DNA from: Planctomycetia bacterium
Lineage (GTDB): Bacteria; Planctomycetota; Planctomycetia; Pirellulales; UBA1268
Assembly (NCBI GenBank): GCA_046339335.1
Contig: JBKDUV010000188.1
Span: 1-43,542 of the forward strand
Direction of reading: 5' to 3'
DNA length: 43,542 nucleotides
A program made the position numbers and the translations under genes. Each line of letters starts with the position of its first letter. The first letter of the stretch is position 1. Below, one piece after another: positions 16,990-25,358 of the stretch. Below the pieces are notes generated by a model that saw nothing but the letters and a program-made list of their open reading frames with translations, did no database searches and was not told the DNA's origin.

Positions 16990-17169
16990 ATGCCGACATC
17001 GAAGAAGTCCAACGCCGCCCGGGCTGCCATTTTCCTGCTCGCAGAGATCAAGGCTGCCGTGGAGGCGTTCGATCGGGGCGAGAAAAATGCCTTCGACGTC
17101 GTCGACGCCGTGCTGCATGCCGTGGCGGCATATCGGGCACCGGCCAAGCCCCCGCGCAAGGCGGCGTAG
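16990..17169 (+). CDS. small hypothetical protein (59 aa), below the ORF-track length cutoff
   Basis: GGAGG lies 6 nt upstream of ATG 16990. MPTSKKSNAARAAIFLLAEIKAAVEAFDRGEKNAFDVVDAVLHAVAAYRAPAKPPRKAA, with about 80 percent G/C at codon position 3. Divergent from the AraC gene. Confidence 0.5.
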   Translation: MPTSKKSNAARAAIFLLAEIKAAVEAFDRGEKNAFDVVDAVLHAVAAYRAPAKPPRKAA

Positions 17170-17282
17170 GCCACGGGCGACGGGTCCGCGCATCCGGTGG
17201 ACCGGTCATGCCGCCGCGGCCCGCGCGCCAGTGGACGATCGCCGTGCCAAGGCTGCTGGGGGGATTTCCGGAGGCCAGCGGC

Positions 17283-20200
17283 TCAGCGGGGCGGAAACGC
17301 GAACGGTGGCTGAGTGCCTGAAGTCGGCTGCGGCGGGAGCGCCGGTGCCTGGGGCAGTTGCGGTCCAGACCCTGCAGGCGGGTTGCCGAAGAGCGTCTCC
17401 AGCGAATCCAGACCGCGAGTCAGGCCCTCGCCGATCACCGCCTGCGCCGTGTTTTCCACGATCCGGCCCAGCACCACGTCGATTGATCCGGCGTCGAACT
17501 GCGGCCGATCGATCGTCCCCTTGAGCGGGATCGCCAGCGGCGTGCGTAAGAGCCGGGCGATCACCGGCGTCTGCCCGGCGATCTCCGCCCGCAGCGCCAC
17601 TTCGACCACCATCGCCAGGCTCCCGTCTTCCCCGACGCTCCCCCGGCTGCGGACGGTCAGGTCGCCCATGTCCATCACCAGCCCGTCGTGCCAGAGGCGG
17701 CGGTTCACGATCCTGACGCCGACCGGCTCGGGCCGCACGCGGAGCAGCACCGTCTTGTCCCCCACCGCGAACCGCGGGTCGATCGCCGCCCGCAGCTTGA
17801 CGAGCAGGTTCGCCAGCGGGCCGAGGGTCGCCGTCGGCGTCACCTCCAGCTCGTCGAAGACGACCTGCGCGGCCAGTTCGCCCGCGAACGGGTCGGCCAG
17901 CGGCAGGCGGGCACCCGCCATGTCGATGCTGGCGATGCCACGGGTGTGGGTGGCGTGCCCGAGGAGTGGTGAGAGCCAGGTCGTGAACCGGCCGCAGAGC
18001 GGCCCGGCAAGGGTCACGCGGTCAATCACCCGGCCGGCCGGCACGACGACCTCGGCGGCTTCCGGGCCGAGCCGCAGCCACGGCGCGCCGCGGAGCCGCC
18101 CGCCGGAGGCGGCGACGTCGAAGGGACCGAGGGACAGCTGGCCTTCGACGAGTCGGATGGCGACTTCTCCGGCGGCCAGCGTGAAGCCGCCGATGTCGGC
18201 ACCGCTCCAGGCGGTCGACGTGTCGAGCACCATGCCGCGCAGCCGATCCGCGCCGCTTGGACGCCGCATCGTCTTCACCGGCTGAACCACCCGCGCAACG
18301 GCATCCACCGGCCCGCCGTGGCCGCGGACGCCGGACAGCCAGTCCGCGGGCAGCGGGATCTGGTCGCCGTCCGGGTCCGGATCGCCGGCGGCAGGCGCCG
18401 GCGGCACGCCGAGCGGCAGCCGCAGGGCGAATGGTCGATTGCCTGCGCCTTCGATCCGCACCGTGCCGCCGGTCCAGGGGGCGATGAGACCGCTGATCCG
18501 ACCCCAGTCGTAGCCGGCACTGCCATCGATCGCGACCAGCCGCCGGCCGGACGAGGCCTCCACGCTTCCCCGCGCGGCGATGGCCAAGGTCGACGATTCG
18601 ACGGCGATGCGGTCGATCTGCATTCGGTCGGCGAGGGCACCGCTCGGTTCGCGTTGTCGGGAGACCTCGACCAGGACGCGGCCGCGCGGCTCGCTCCACA
18701 CCGGCTGCGGCGGCGCCGGCTCCCGGCCCGATAGCGGGCCGGCCGCCTTCGCGAGCACGAGCTGCGTCGCCGTCGCGTCGATGAGCAGGTTCGCGCCCGT
18801 GGCCCCATCGGCGAGCTCGACCATGCCGGCGACGTCGCCGCTCGGCTGCCAGCCCGGAGCGGTCCCTGCCGTCCCAACCCAGGCAGTGAGCCTGCCAAGA
18901 TGGACGCGGTACTGCACTTTGCCGCGGCACACGTCGAACAGATCGAACCGGCCCGCGTCGGCCGATCCGCGCGGCGCGGCCAGCGACAGGCCGCCGGTTC
19001 GCAGCGATACCGTGGTGGACAAGATCTCGCCGGCCGCGACGTCGAAACGGTTGGCACGCGGATGGTAGAAGCCGGCGGCACTGGCGGCGACCCGCGGCTC
19101 ACGGATGGTCGCCGCCCCCGCCCGCACGTTCAACTTCTCGAGTTCACAGGTGGCCCGCGTCACCTGCCAGGCCTCGCCGCGGGCCACAAGGCTCGCCGCC
19201 GACGCGATGCTGCCCGCCAGTTCGACTCCCTGCGCGGCGGCCGCGGGCAGCAGACCCGCGAACCGGGCGTGCCAGCGGGCGAGTTCGCCGTCGAGCCCGC
19301 ACTCGACGGTCACCGGCTCGGTGCCCGCCACGGCGCGGACCCATGGCCCGCGGGATTCGCCGCCGACCAGTCCGTCGAGCCCCACGATCAGGCCGCCGTC
19401 GAGCCGCGCGTGAAGGCGGTCGCGGTCCGCACTGACGTGCAGCCGGGCGTCGTTGACGACCGCCTCCGCACCCGTCAGCCGGACCGTTCCCTCGGCCTGG
19501 AGCGTGAGTTCCTCATCCCGCCAGAGCGGCCGACCGGGCAGGGCCACCTCCAGGGCCGACGCGACGCCCTGTGCCTTGACCAGCGCATCCGCCTGCCGGT
19601 CCGCGCGGCTCACCGTCACGCGGCCGCTCGACGTGCCGGCCAGCCGCGCCCCGCGCAGGTCGAGGAGCTCGGACGCCTCCGCCAGGAGTTTGTCGAAATC
19701 GAACGTCCAGGAGAGCGTCGCTGCCTGCGCATCACCGGCCAGCGAGACCTCGACGGCCCGCGACGAAAGCCTGGCATCCTCGATCCGCAGGCGAGCGCCG
19801 GCAGCCGGACCCCGGCGGCCGCGAATCCAGCCGCTGAAGGGCTCGTGCCAGCGCAGCGTGCGGTCGCTGACCGTGCCGGCCCGGGCCGCACCAGCGGCCG
19901 TGCCCACGACGCTCTGCACCGCGGCGAGATCACGGCTCGTGAGACGAAGTTCGAGGACGCGATCGTCGCCATCCGATCGGGACGTCGCCGCGAGGTGCAG
20001 CTGGCCATCGGTGACGCGGACGTCGGGCCTGACGGCCAGGCCGCCGGCCACCGCCCGCGACAGGGCGGCGAGATCGACGGCGGCCGCGACCGCGAAATCT
20101 TCTTCGACGAGGGCTTCGGCCCAGTCCCACGAGCCCGCGAGGGGCAGTCGAATCCGCCCCGACGCCTCGGCGCGAAACAGGGGCGAACTGACGGCGAGCG

Positions 20201-21290
20201 TCCGGACGACGAGGCGGTCGCCGACCAGGGAGCAGTCGATGGGGACGTCGCAGGTCTCGATGGTCGCCAGCGCCGCGTTCGTGGCCGCGTCACGGGCCGT
20301 CAGCGGCGCGACGGCGAGCGAGCCGACGATCCGGGTCTCGAGGTCGCCCGCCGCGATGTCGCAACGGATGTCGGCCAGGCCGTCGAGGCGGTGGGAAAGT
20401 CCGAACCTCGTCGCCAGCACTCCCGACCCGCCGAGCGGCAGCCGGTGGGCGGCGATCGCGATCCGCTGGCCGTTGTCGACGCCGGCCGGTGCGGCGACCG
20501 AAAAGCCTCCGGCACTGGCCAGCACCGCCGTGGCACCGGCGGCGACCGTGCCGCGGTCCCGCCGAGGCGCCTCGGCCTCGACCGCCGGTGACGGCCAATC
20601 GACCGCCGGTGACGCCGCGGCGGCCGCGGGTGCCGACGTGGCTACGGTGCCAGCGACCGGATTCGGCTCGGCGGCGGCCCGCACGAGCCGCCCCGCCACC
20701 GTCCAGCCCGCGCGGACCGCGGCGGCATCGCATCGTCCCGTCGCCGTCAGCCCCGCGATTCGCCAGACATCACCGCGCACGGTGTCGCGAACCTCGACCA
20801 TGCCATCGACGATTTCGAGTTCGCAGGCGGGCGTCGGCGCCGCCCCGGCCGGGGCCGGGGCCAGCCACGGCGCCAGGATGTCCTCGAGAGAACTGCCGCC
20901 GGCACGGACGTCCACGACCATCTCCGGGCCGATCAGCCGCACCGTTCCCAGATCGGCCGGATCGGCCGCCAGGGCGAGCAGGCCGCGGTCGACGACGAGC
21001 CGGGGCACGATCGCCGCCGCCCGGCCTTCCCGGTCGCGGAGCACGACGTCTCGATATTCGACACCCCCGAGCCAGCGCCACTGCGCCGCGCCGCTCGACA
21101 CGCTCCCGTTGATGCCAGCCAATGCCGCGACCAGCGGACGATCCCGGAGATCGGTGAGCACGGCGATCGTCGGAGCCACGCCGATCGCCGCGGCGGCCAC
21201 GACCAGCGCCGCCAGCGAGAACACCGCCCAGCGGCGCGGCCGCCGGCGGCCCGAACCGGCGTCCTCGAGTCGGGAACGTCTCCTCGTCAT
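17283..21290 (-). CDS. giant N-terminally anchored AsmA/TamB-like protein
   Basis: 1335 aa. N-terminal Arg-rich stretch plus TM segment WAVFSLAALVVAAAAIGVA. Long Ala/Gly/Val/Arg/Asp beta-rich body. The C-terminus ..DGLVMDMGDLTVRSRGSVGEDGSLAMVVEV..PLKGTIDRPQFD resembles AsmA/TamB C-terminal regions. The family call is tentative. Confidence 0.7.
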   Translation of the reverse strand: MTRRRSRLEDAGSGRRRPRRWAVFSLAALVVAAAAIGVAPTIAVLTDLRDRPLVAALAGINGSVSSGAAQWRWLGGVEYRDVVLRDREGRAAAIVPRLVVDRGLLALAADPADLGTVRLIGPEMVVDVRAGGSSLEDILAPWLAPAPAGAAPTPACELEIVDGMVEVRDTVRGDVWRIAGLTATGRCDAAAVRAGWTVAGRLVRAAAEPNPVAGTVATSAPAAAAASPAVDWPSPAVEAEAPRRDRGTVAAGATAVLASAGGFSVAAPAGVDNGQRIAIAAHRLPLGGSGVLATRFGLSHRLDGLADIRCDIAAGDLETRIVGSLAVAPLTARDAATNAALATIETCDVPIDCSLVGDRLVVRTLAVSSPLFRAEASGRIRLPLAGSWDWAEALVEEDFAVAAAVDLAALSRAVAGGLAVRPDVRVTDGQLHLAATSRSDGDDRVLELRLTSRDLAAVQSVVGTAAGAARAGTVSDRTLRWHEPFSGWIRGRRGPAAGARLRIEDARLSSRAVEVSLAGDAQAATLSWTFDFDKLLAEASELLDLRGARLAGTSSGRVTVSRADRQADALVKAQGVASALEVALPGRPLWRDEELTLQAEGTVRLTGAEAVVNDARLHVSADRDRLHARLDGGLIVGLDGLVGGESRGPWVRAVAGTEPVTVECGLDGELARWHARFAGLLPAAAAQGVELAGSIASAASLVARGEAWQVTRATCELEKLNVRAGAATIREPRVAASAAGFYHPRANRFDVAAGEILSTTVSLRTGGLSLAAPRGSADAGRFDLFDVCRGKVQYRVHLGRLTAWVGTAGTAPGWQPSGDVAGMVELADGATGANLLIDATATQLVLAKAAGPLSGREPAPPQPVWSEPRGRVLVEVSRQREPSGALADRMQIDRIAVESSTLAIAARGSVEASSGRRLVAIDGSAGYDWGRISGLIAPWTGGTVRIEGAGNRPFALRLPLGVPPAPAAGDPDPDGDQIPLPADWLSGVRGHGGPVDAVARVVQPVKTMRRPSGADRLRGMVLDTSTAWSGADIGGFTLAAGEVAIRLVEGQLSLGPFDVAASGGRLRGAPWLRLGPEAAEVVVPAGRVIDRVTLAGPLCGRFTTWLSPLLGHATHTRGIASIDMAGARLPLADPFAGELAAQVVFDELEVTPTATLGPLANLLVKLRAAIDPRFAVGDKTVLLRVRPEPVGVRIVNRRLWHDGLVMDMGDLTVRSRGSVGEDGSLAMVVEVALRAEIAGQTPVIARLLRTPLAIPLKGTIDRPQFDAGSIDVVLGRIVENTAQAVIGEGLTRGLDSLETLFGNPPAGSGPQLPQAPALPPQPTSGTQPPFAFPPR

Positions 21291-21315
21291 GGAGGCGGAG
21301 TATAGGTGCGGGCCT

Positions 21316-21981
21316 TCATCCGGCAGAAGGCGGGTTTGCCGCTTCGTTCAGCCGGGCGACCTCCTCAGCAGTGTCGACGTCGCGGAACGATTCGCCTTCC
21401 GGATCGGCCGCCGTCAGCGCCGCGGCGGGAAGGAAGTCGATCGCGGCGGTCGGTTCGGCGGCCAGTGTGGCCAGCAGGCTGCGGAGGTCGCGCCGGCCGG
21501 CGCAGAGATGCCGCTCGATCCTGGGCAGGAGCGTGAACGGCAACGCCGATGCCAATGGCTGCGGGTGGCCGTTCACCAGCGGCACGACCCAGGCCGGATG
21601 CTGCGTTCGCTGGCGGTCGAGGATCGCACGCACCACCGTCCGACGCAGGAGGGGCAGGTCGCACGAGGCGACGAACGCGGCCCCGAAGCCGGGGCCGAGA
21701 CGGTCGGCCGCCATGAGGCCATCGCGGACCGCGGCCAGCGGGCCCGCCCCGGGAAGCGCGTCGCGAACGACGAAGACGTCGGCCGGCAGCGGCGGCAGTT
21801 CCTGGCCCGGCGCGGCGACGACGACGACGCGGCCGGTCTCGGCCCCGACGGCCGCGATCACGATCTCCAGAAAGCTCCGCCCTCGAAACTGCACCGCCGC
21901 CTTGCCGCCCGGCGGCGCCGTGGCCCCCAGCCGCCGCCCCCTGCCGCCGGCGAGCACGATGCTGATCGCGTCGGGTCGCAT
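21316..21981 (-). CDS. mobA: molybdenum cofactor guanylyltransferase
   Basis: IVLAGGRGRRLG N-terminal motif, GAGPLAAVRDGL, and CDLPLL, as in MobA. Confidence 0.8.
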   Translation of the reverse strand: MRPDAISIVLAGGRGRRLGATAPPGGKAAVQFRGRSFLEIVIAAVGAETGRVVVVAAPGQELPPLPADVFVVRDALPGAGPLAAVRDGLMAADRLGPGFGAAFVASCDLPLLRRTVVRAILDRQRTQHPAWVVPLVNGHPQPLASALPFTLLPRIERHLCAGRRDLRSLLATLAAEPTAAIDFLPAAALTAADPEGESFRDVDTAEEVARLNEAANPPSAG

Positions 21982-22014
21982 TGCCGCAGGGCTCCAGACC
22001 GCTGGACCGGCGGG

Positions 22015-23238
22015 TCAGCCGGCGAGGAACCGCTCGATGCGGTCGAGACCGGCGTTCAGTTTCGCCTCCGCCGCGGCGAACGACATCCGCACGTGACCCT
22101 CCGCACCGAACGCACTGCCGGCCACGAGGGCGACGTGCTCCTGCTCCAGAAGTGCCTCGCACCATTGCATGCTCGTGGTGATGCCCCGGCTGCGTGCCCG
22201 GGCGAGCGGCTCACGGATGTCGAAGAAGGCATAGAACGCGCCGCCGATGTCGGGAATCCGCACGCCGGGCATGCGCCTGAGGCGGGCGGCCACCAGATCA
22301 CGCCGGGCCTGGAACGCGCCGAGCATCGTGCAGACGCAGTCCTGGGGACCGGTGAGCGCCGCCAGGGCCGCATGCTGGCTGACGCTGCAAGGATTGCTCG
22401 TCTCCTGGCTCTGCAGGTTGCCGATCGCCTTCGCGAGCGGCTCCGGGCAGATCGTCCAGCCGATCCGCCAGCCGGTCATGGAATAGGTCTTGCTGACGCC
22501 GGCCACGACCACCGTGCGGTCGGCGAGGCCGGGCCGCAGCGTGGGAAACGAAACCGACTGCCGGCCGTCGTAGACCAGCTGGTCGTAGATCTCGTCGGAG
22601 ATCACGGCCAGGTCGGCCTCCAGGGCGATGTCGGCCAGCGCACCGAGTTCCGCGGCCGAATAGACGACGCCGGTCGGATTGCTCGGCGAGCAGAGGAGGA
22701 GCATCCGCGTCCGCGGCGTGAGGGCGGTCCGCAGAGCATCGGGACGGAGCTTGAAGTCGTCGCCGATGTCGGTCTCGAGGAGCACCGGGCGGGCGCCGGC
22801 CAATTTGATGAGTTCCGCGTAACTGACCCAGTAGGGAGTCGGAACGATCACCTCGTCCCCCTCGTCGAGCAACGCCGTGAAGGCGTTGTGGAGCGAGTGC
22901 TTGGCGCCGTTGGATACGACGACCTGGGCCGGGGTCACCGGCAGGCCCGTCCGCCGGGCATGGTCCACCGCGATCGCCTTGCGGAGGTCGGGAATCCCGG
23001 CGGCGGGTGTGTATTTCGTCCGCCCGGCCCGGATCGCCGCCTCGGCGGCGCGGCAGATGTGGTCGGGGGTGGGGAAGTCGGGCTCCCCGACCGACAGGTC
23101 GATGACATCCGTGCCTGCCGCCGCCATGGCCTGGGCACGGGCCGCCATCGCCAGCGTGGCGGATGGCTCCAGGGCCGCCATGCGGCGGGCGGTTCGCAGG
23201 CTCCTCGACTCCCGCTTCTGTTCTCCGATCGCAGCCAT
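22015..23238 (-). CDS. class I pyridoxal-phosphate-dependent (aspartate-type) aminotransferase
   Basis: In-frame ATG 23238 in ORF 22015..23580. LSVGEPDFPTP, YTPAAGIPDLR, CSPSNPTG and GVSKTYSMTGWRIGW (PLP lysine) motifs. Confidence 0.9.
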   Translation of the reverse strand: MAAIGEQKRESRSLRTARRMAALEPSATLAMAARAQAMAAAGTDVIDLSVGEPDFPTPDHICRAAEAAIRAGRTKYTPAAGIPDLRKAIAVDHARRTGLPVTPAQVVVSNGAKHSLHNAFTALLDEGDEVIVPTPYWVSYAELIKLAGARPVLLETDIGDDFKLRPDALRTALTPRTRMLLLCSPSNPTGVVYSAAELGALADIALEADLAVISDEIYDQLVYDGRQSVSFPTLRPGLADRTVVVAGVSKTYSMTGWRIGWTICPEPLAKAIGNLQSQETSNPCSVSQHAALAALTGPQDCVCTMLGAFQARRDLVAARLRRMPGVRIPDIGGAFYAFFDIREPLARARSRGITTSMQWCEALLEQEHVALVAGSAFGAEGHVRMSFAAAEAKLNAGLDRIERFLAG

Positions 23239-23368
23239 GTGTGCCGTCAACTCCCTGCCGATTGCCCGTGCTGAGCGGGCCGCAGCCCGCGATCTTTTTC
23301 CTTTGGTCCGTGTGGAACCAATCTGTGGAATGATACCACGCCCGGTGCAGCGTCCGCGACGCACCAAG

Positions 23369-23421
23369 CTGACCGTCCCGCGCTCGACAGGCCGTGCCCG
23401 ACTGACCGTCCTGCGCTCGAC
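23369..23421. repeat. 20-nt direct repeat, two copies 33 nt apart, in the aminotransferase upstream region
   Basis: CTGACCGTCCCGCGCTCGAC (23369-23388) and CTGACCGTCCTGCGCTCGAC (23402-23421), 19 of 20 identical. Both are followed by a CGTGCC-containing segment. Confidence 0.7.
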
Positions 23422-23709
23422 CGTGCCGTCGACCCAATCGCGCAGCCGGTCGATGCGGCATGGTGGCGTGTGACGGTGGCGACGGTCACTCGCATGAACC
23501 GCCATCCGGCGCGGGACATTCGCAAAAAAAATCGTGAATGTCTCTTGACAGTTTTCAGTGCCATCCCTCACAACTCTCACATCGACGTCGAATGGAGACG
23601 AGGAATCGTGTCCGCGAGACGGCGAAACGTCGGCCGCTTCCCCCCACGAACACCCGGGGAATCGGCCGTGAGATGCTTATCCGGGTGTTCACGGGAAGGA
23701 GCCAGATCC

Positions 23710-23772
23710 ATGGCCAAGAAGAAGAAGAAGGCTGCCAAGAAGGTCGCCAAGAAGAAGAAGGGCCACGGCTGA
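23710..23772 (+). CDS. 20-codon poly-lysine mini-ORF (MAKKKKKAAKKVAKKKKGHG)
   Basis: GGAAGGAG (23694-23701) lies 8 nt before ATG 23710. 11 of 20 codons are Lys, all AAG. 19 of 20 sense codons end in G/C. A 10-bp hairpin (23648-23657 / 23681-23690) ends 3 nt before the SD. Confidence 0.45.
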   Translation: MAKKKKKAAKKVAKKKKGHG

Positions 23773-23970
23773 GCCATCCGTCGGAATGATCATTGACGGC
23801 TTCGGCCCGACCTGATCGCTCCGGCACGGCGAAACGACGTTTCGCCAGGAATGCTCCGCCCGGGTTCCCATGCGTGGGAGCCCGCAGTCCGTCTCGACGG
23901 CCTGCCCTTCGTTTCGAGCCCGTCACGCTTGCGTGACGCCAGCCCGGAACGTCCACGTTCAGACGAGAAA

Positions 23971-24013
23971 GGCCGGCCCGGGCCCTTGGGCGCCCGGGCC
24001 GGCCTGATTTTTT
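23971..24013 (+). terminator. strong Rho-independent terminator
   Basis: 13-bp perfect GC stem GGCCGGCCCGGGC / GCCCGGGCCGGCC with an 8-nt loop, then TGA and a run of six T (24008-24013). It lies 105 nt upstream of the rlmM-like start. Confidence 0.8.
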
Positions 24014-24117
24014 CGGTTTGTAGTCCGGGATGGCCCTCGGGGGGCACCCATGCGGCCCTCGCATGGCTCCCTCTGGCCCGGCCTTGCCCCCATTCCTGCC
24101 CCGATCATGATGGCGGC

Positions 24118-25176
24118 ATGACCGCTTCCCCGACCCGAGGATCTGCTCCAGCCGTCCGGGGCGACTTCCTCCTCGTCTCCTGCCAGGCGGGGTCCGAGGC
24201 AGAGGTGAAGGCACGTTTGCCGGATGTTCTCCCCGGCGCGGCCATCGGCGCCTGGCGGCGCGGCGTGGTGACGTTTCGACTGCCTTCTGAAAAAGATCCG
24301 CCGGACAATTTCTCCCCCGACATCGTCTTCGCCCGGTCCACGATCCGATCGTTCGGGCAGATCTCCGCGGCGACGGACGCCGAGCGGGTGGCGCTGGCCG
24401 CGGCGCGGGCCGGCGGGGGCGGCTGGGAAAACGTCCACGTCTGGAACCGTGACCCGCGGCTCGAAGGCGACCTGGCGGCGATCCGCACCGCTCTGCTGGC
24501 CGCCTGCGAACTGCCCACCGACCTGTCCGCCACGGCGGCACCCGGCCAGGTTGTCCTCGATTGCGTGATCGATGCGCCTGACCGCTGGTGGATCGGCTGG
24601 CATCGGGCTGCAGGGCCACCCGGCATCTGGCCGGGGGGCATCTATCCCGGGACGTTGCCCGCCGACAAGGTGTCGCGGGCTTGGCTCAAGCTCGACGAGG
24701 CGATTGCGACGTTTGAAATCGAGTTCAAACGCGGCGAACGGGCCTGCGAGATCGGCGCCGCGCCCGGCGGCTCCTGCCAGCGGCTCCTCGAAGCCGGACT
24801 GATGGTCGTGGGCATCGACCCGGCGGCGATCGATCCCCGCGTCGCCGGGCACGAGCGGTTCACGCACTGGCGGATGCGGTCGCGGGACGTGAAGCTTCGC
24901 GGCTACCGCGGCTTCGACTGGATCGTCTCCGACATGAATATCGACCCGGTCAGCACGCTCGAGGCGATCGAGAGGATCGTAACTGCGCCGGGCGTCCGGC
25001 CGCGTGGGATCATCGCCACGTTCAAGCTCCCCGACTGGTCGCGGGCGCGGGAGCTTTCCGGATGGCTCGGCCGGCTGCGCGACCTCGGGTTTCCGGCTCG
25101 GGCCCGGCAGATCTCCAGCGGAGGCCGCGAGGTGTGCGTCGTCGCACAAAAGGTGCCAGCCACCAAATCTGGGTAG
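24118..25176 (+). CDS. rlmM: RlmM-like 23S rRNA 2'-O-ribose methyltransferase (FtsJ-fold SAM methyltransferase with N-terminal THUMP-like region)
   Basis: In-frame ATG in ORF 23851..25176. [34 protein letters not shown] and GGREVCVV run parallel to the E. coli RlmM motifs (SRSTLKLEEA, DLGACPGGW, CDM, NLKLP, REEVTV). Confidence 0.75.
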   Translation: MTASPTRGSAPAVRGDFLLVSCQAGSEAEVKARLPDVLPGAAIGAWRRGVVTFRLPSEKDPPDNFSPDIVFARSTIRSFGQISAATDAERVALAAARAGGGGWENVHVWNRDPRLEGDLAAIRTALLAACELPTDLSATAAPGQVVLDCVIDAPDRWWIGWHRAAGPPGIWPGGIYPGTLPADKVSRAWLKLDEAIATFEIEFKRGERACEIGAAPGGSCQRLLEAGLMVVGIDPAAIDPRVAGHERFTHWRMRSRDVKLRGYRGFDWIVSDMNIDPVSTLEAIERIVTAPGVRPRGIIATFKLPDWSRARELSGWLGRLRDLGFPARARQISSGGREVCVVAQKVPATKSG

Positions 25177-25225
25177 TTTGGAGCATCGCGACTACGCAGC
25201 TTACCAGGATTTGGTGGCTGGCACC
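25152..25225. repeat. long inverted repeat (17 perfect bp, about 21 bp with one bulge) spanning the rlmM stop codon
   Basis: GGTGCCAGCCACCAAATCTGG (25152-25172, contains TAG 25174-25176 just after) pairs with CCAGGATTTGGTGGCTGGCACC (25204-25225). The loop is about 31 nt. No U-tract follows. Confidence 0.7.
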
Positions 25226-25294
25226 GGAGATTGAGATCAGCAAATCCTCGGCCGCGATGGCGGCCGCCCCTGGCAGCGGGTGCGCCGCTTTACT

Positions 25295-25309
25295 TGCAAT
25301 AGTTTTGCA
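25295..25309. promoter_or_regulatory. AT-rich palindrome TGCAA-N5-TTGCA upstream of the COG0523 gene (candidate Zur/Fur-family operator)
   Basis: TGCAATAGTTTTGCA sits in the only AT-rich patch of this intergenic region, 50 nt before ATG 25359. Confidence 0.3.
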
Positions 25310-25358
25310 CATAGGGCAGACTCTGGCGTTCACAGCCGCCGCCCCCGGAGTCCTGCGC

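Noticed and set aside
19453-23274. 1273-aa + strand ORF, among the longest in the track
   Set aside because: It is antisense to three well-supported minus-strand genes (the AsmA-like gene, mobA and the aminotransferase). Its translation is monotonous Arg/Ser/Ala/Pro/Thr with no motifs, which is a typical open antisense frame in high-GC DNA.
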